A stretch of DNA of 62,412 bases, filler included, from an uncultured Planctomycetales bacterium (GTDB taxonomy: Bacteria > Omnitrophota > Gorgyraeia > Gygaellales > Profunditerraquicolaceae): the NCBI GenBank assembly GCA_964487475.1. It is 5 parts of 5 records of this genome, joined end to end, with 100 filler letters (N's around TTAATTAATTAA, not from the genome) between each part and the next. Parts side by side here need not be neighbours in the genome. Positions count along the whole stretch, not along the records: positions 58,956 to 62,412 come from CAZAPM010000029.1; 4 more parts are not named here. One strand, given 5' to 3'. Each line of letters starts with the position of its first letter. The stretch's first letter is position 1. Position numbers and translations under genes: made by a program. Under the pieces are notes generated by a model. The model was given only the letters and a program-made list of their open reading frames with translations. It ran no database searches and was not told where the DNA came from. Shown here in pieces: positions 62,203 to 62,412 of the stretch.

Positions 62203-62250
62203 CAGATTACGCTCCAGCAATAGCGCTGGAGGGATCTGCTCTTTTGATAA
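62203..62250 (+). promoter_or_regulatory. Putative rrn antitermination boxB-like hairpin and boxA
   Basis: CTCCAGC/GCTGGAG hairpin followed by TGCTCTTTTGATA, similar to boxA TGCTCTTTAACA. Confidence 0.5.
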
Positions 62251-62355
62251 TTGGATAGCCAAGCGTGGCCAACGATAGCAATATCGATTGGTCGATTCGT
62301 TTGAGTAAAAAGAGACAAAATATAAATCAGAGCCGTTATCATACTTTCGGAATTT

Positions 62356-62412
<57 letters not shown>

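Noticed and set aside
62020..62340. tRNA or known riboswitch in the rRNA leader; short minus-strand ORFs at 61749-62342
   Set aside because: No cloverleaf or recognisable aptamer consensus was found, and the ORFs lack coding features and overlap the rRNA promoter and leader.

Overview
The window is five unrelated-looking contigs joined by artificial 100-nt spacers (N44-TTAATTAATTAA-N44). The source is a high-GC bacterium, probably PVC superphylum and plausibly Ca. Omnitrophota (inferred from the 16S 5' end and the giant genes). Contigs 1 and 2 (1-16968, 17069-31947) are each one uninterrupted reading frame open at both ends (about 5,650 and 4,960 codons). They encode a string of normally cytoplasmic sugar and sugar-phosphate enzyme domains: GH65, GH13, ROK kinase, MtaA/UroD-like, three HAD-IIB, two PfkB, at least four beta-PGM-like HADs, Nudix, a nucleotidyltransferase-like region, NagB, a P-loop kinase, aldose 1-epimerase and PTS Enzyme I. 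These blocks are separated by a recurring ~145-aa module (YP[A/G]...AEYN...RAPP...FQxLVNDIFxHExVH) with a HExxH zincin-like motif: seven clear copies and one divergent copy. Complementary beta-PGM halves at the contig 1/2 ends suggest both may belong to one gene of more than 10,600 aa. This repeat-punctuated multienzyme polyprotein is the main candidate for an undescribed system. Contigs 3 and 4 are surface-glycan modification loci (GT2, GT4, three GT-C, five radical SAM enzymes, AsnB, DegT, GNAT, FAD oxidoreductases). Contig 3 also carries an SSS transporter with an unlisted 58-aa accessory gene and an ECF sigma/anti-sigma/Spy module with two matching ECF promoters. Contig 5 has pilB, an HD-GYP gene and pilC, followed by an rRNA promoter, leader and the start of 16S rRNA. 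Domain boundaries are approximate and come from motif reading, not searches.
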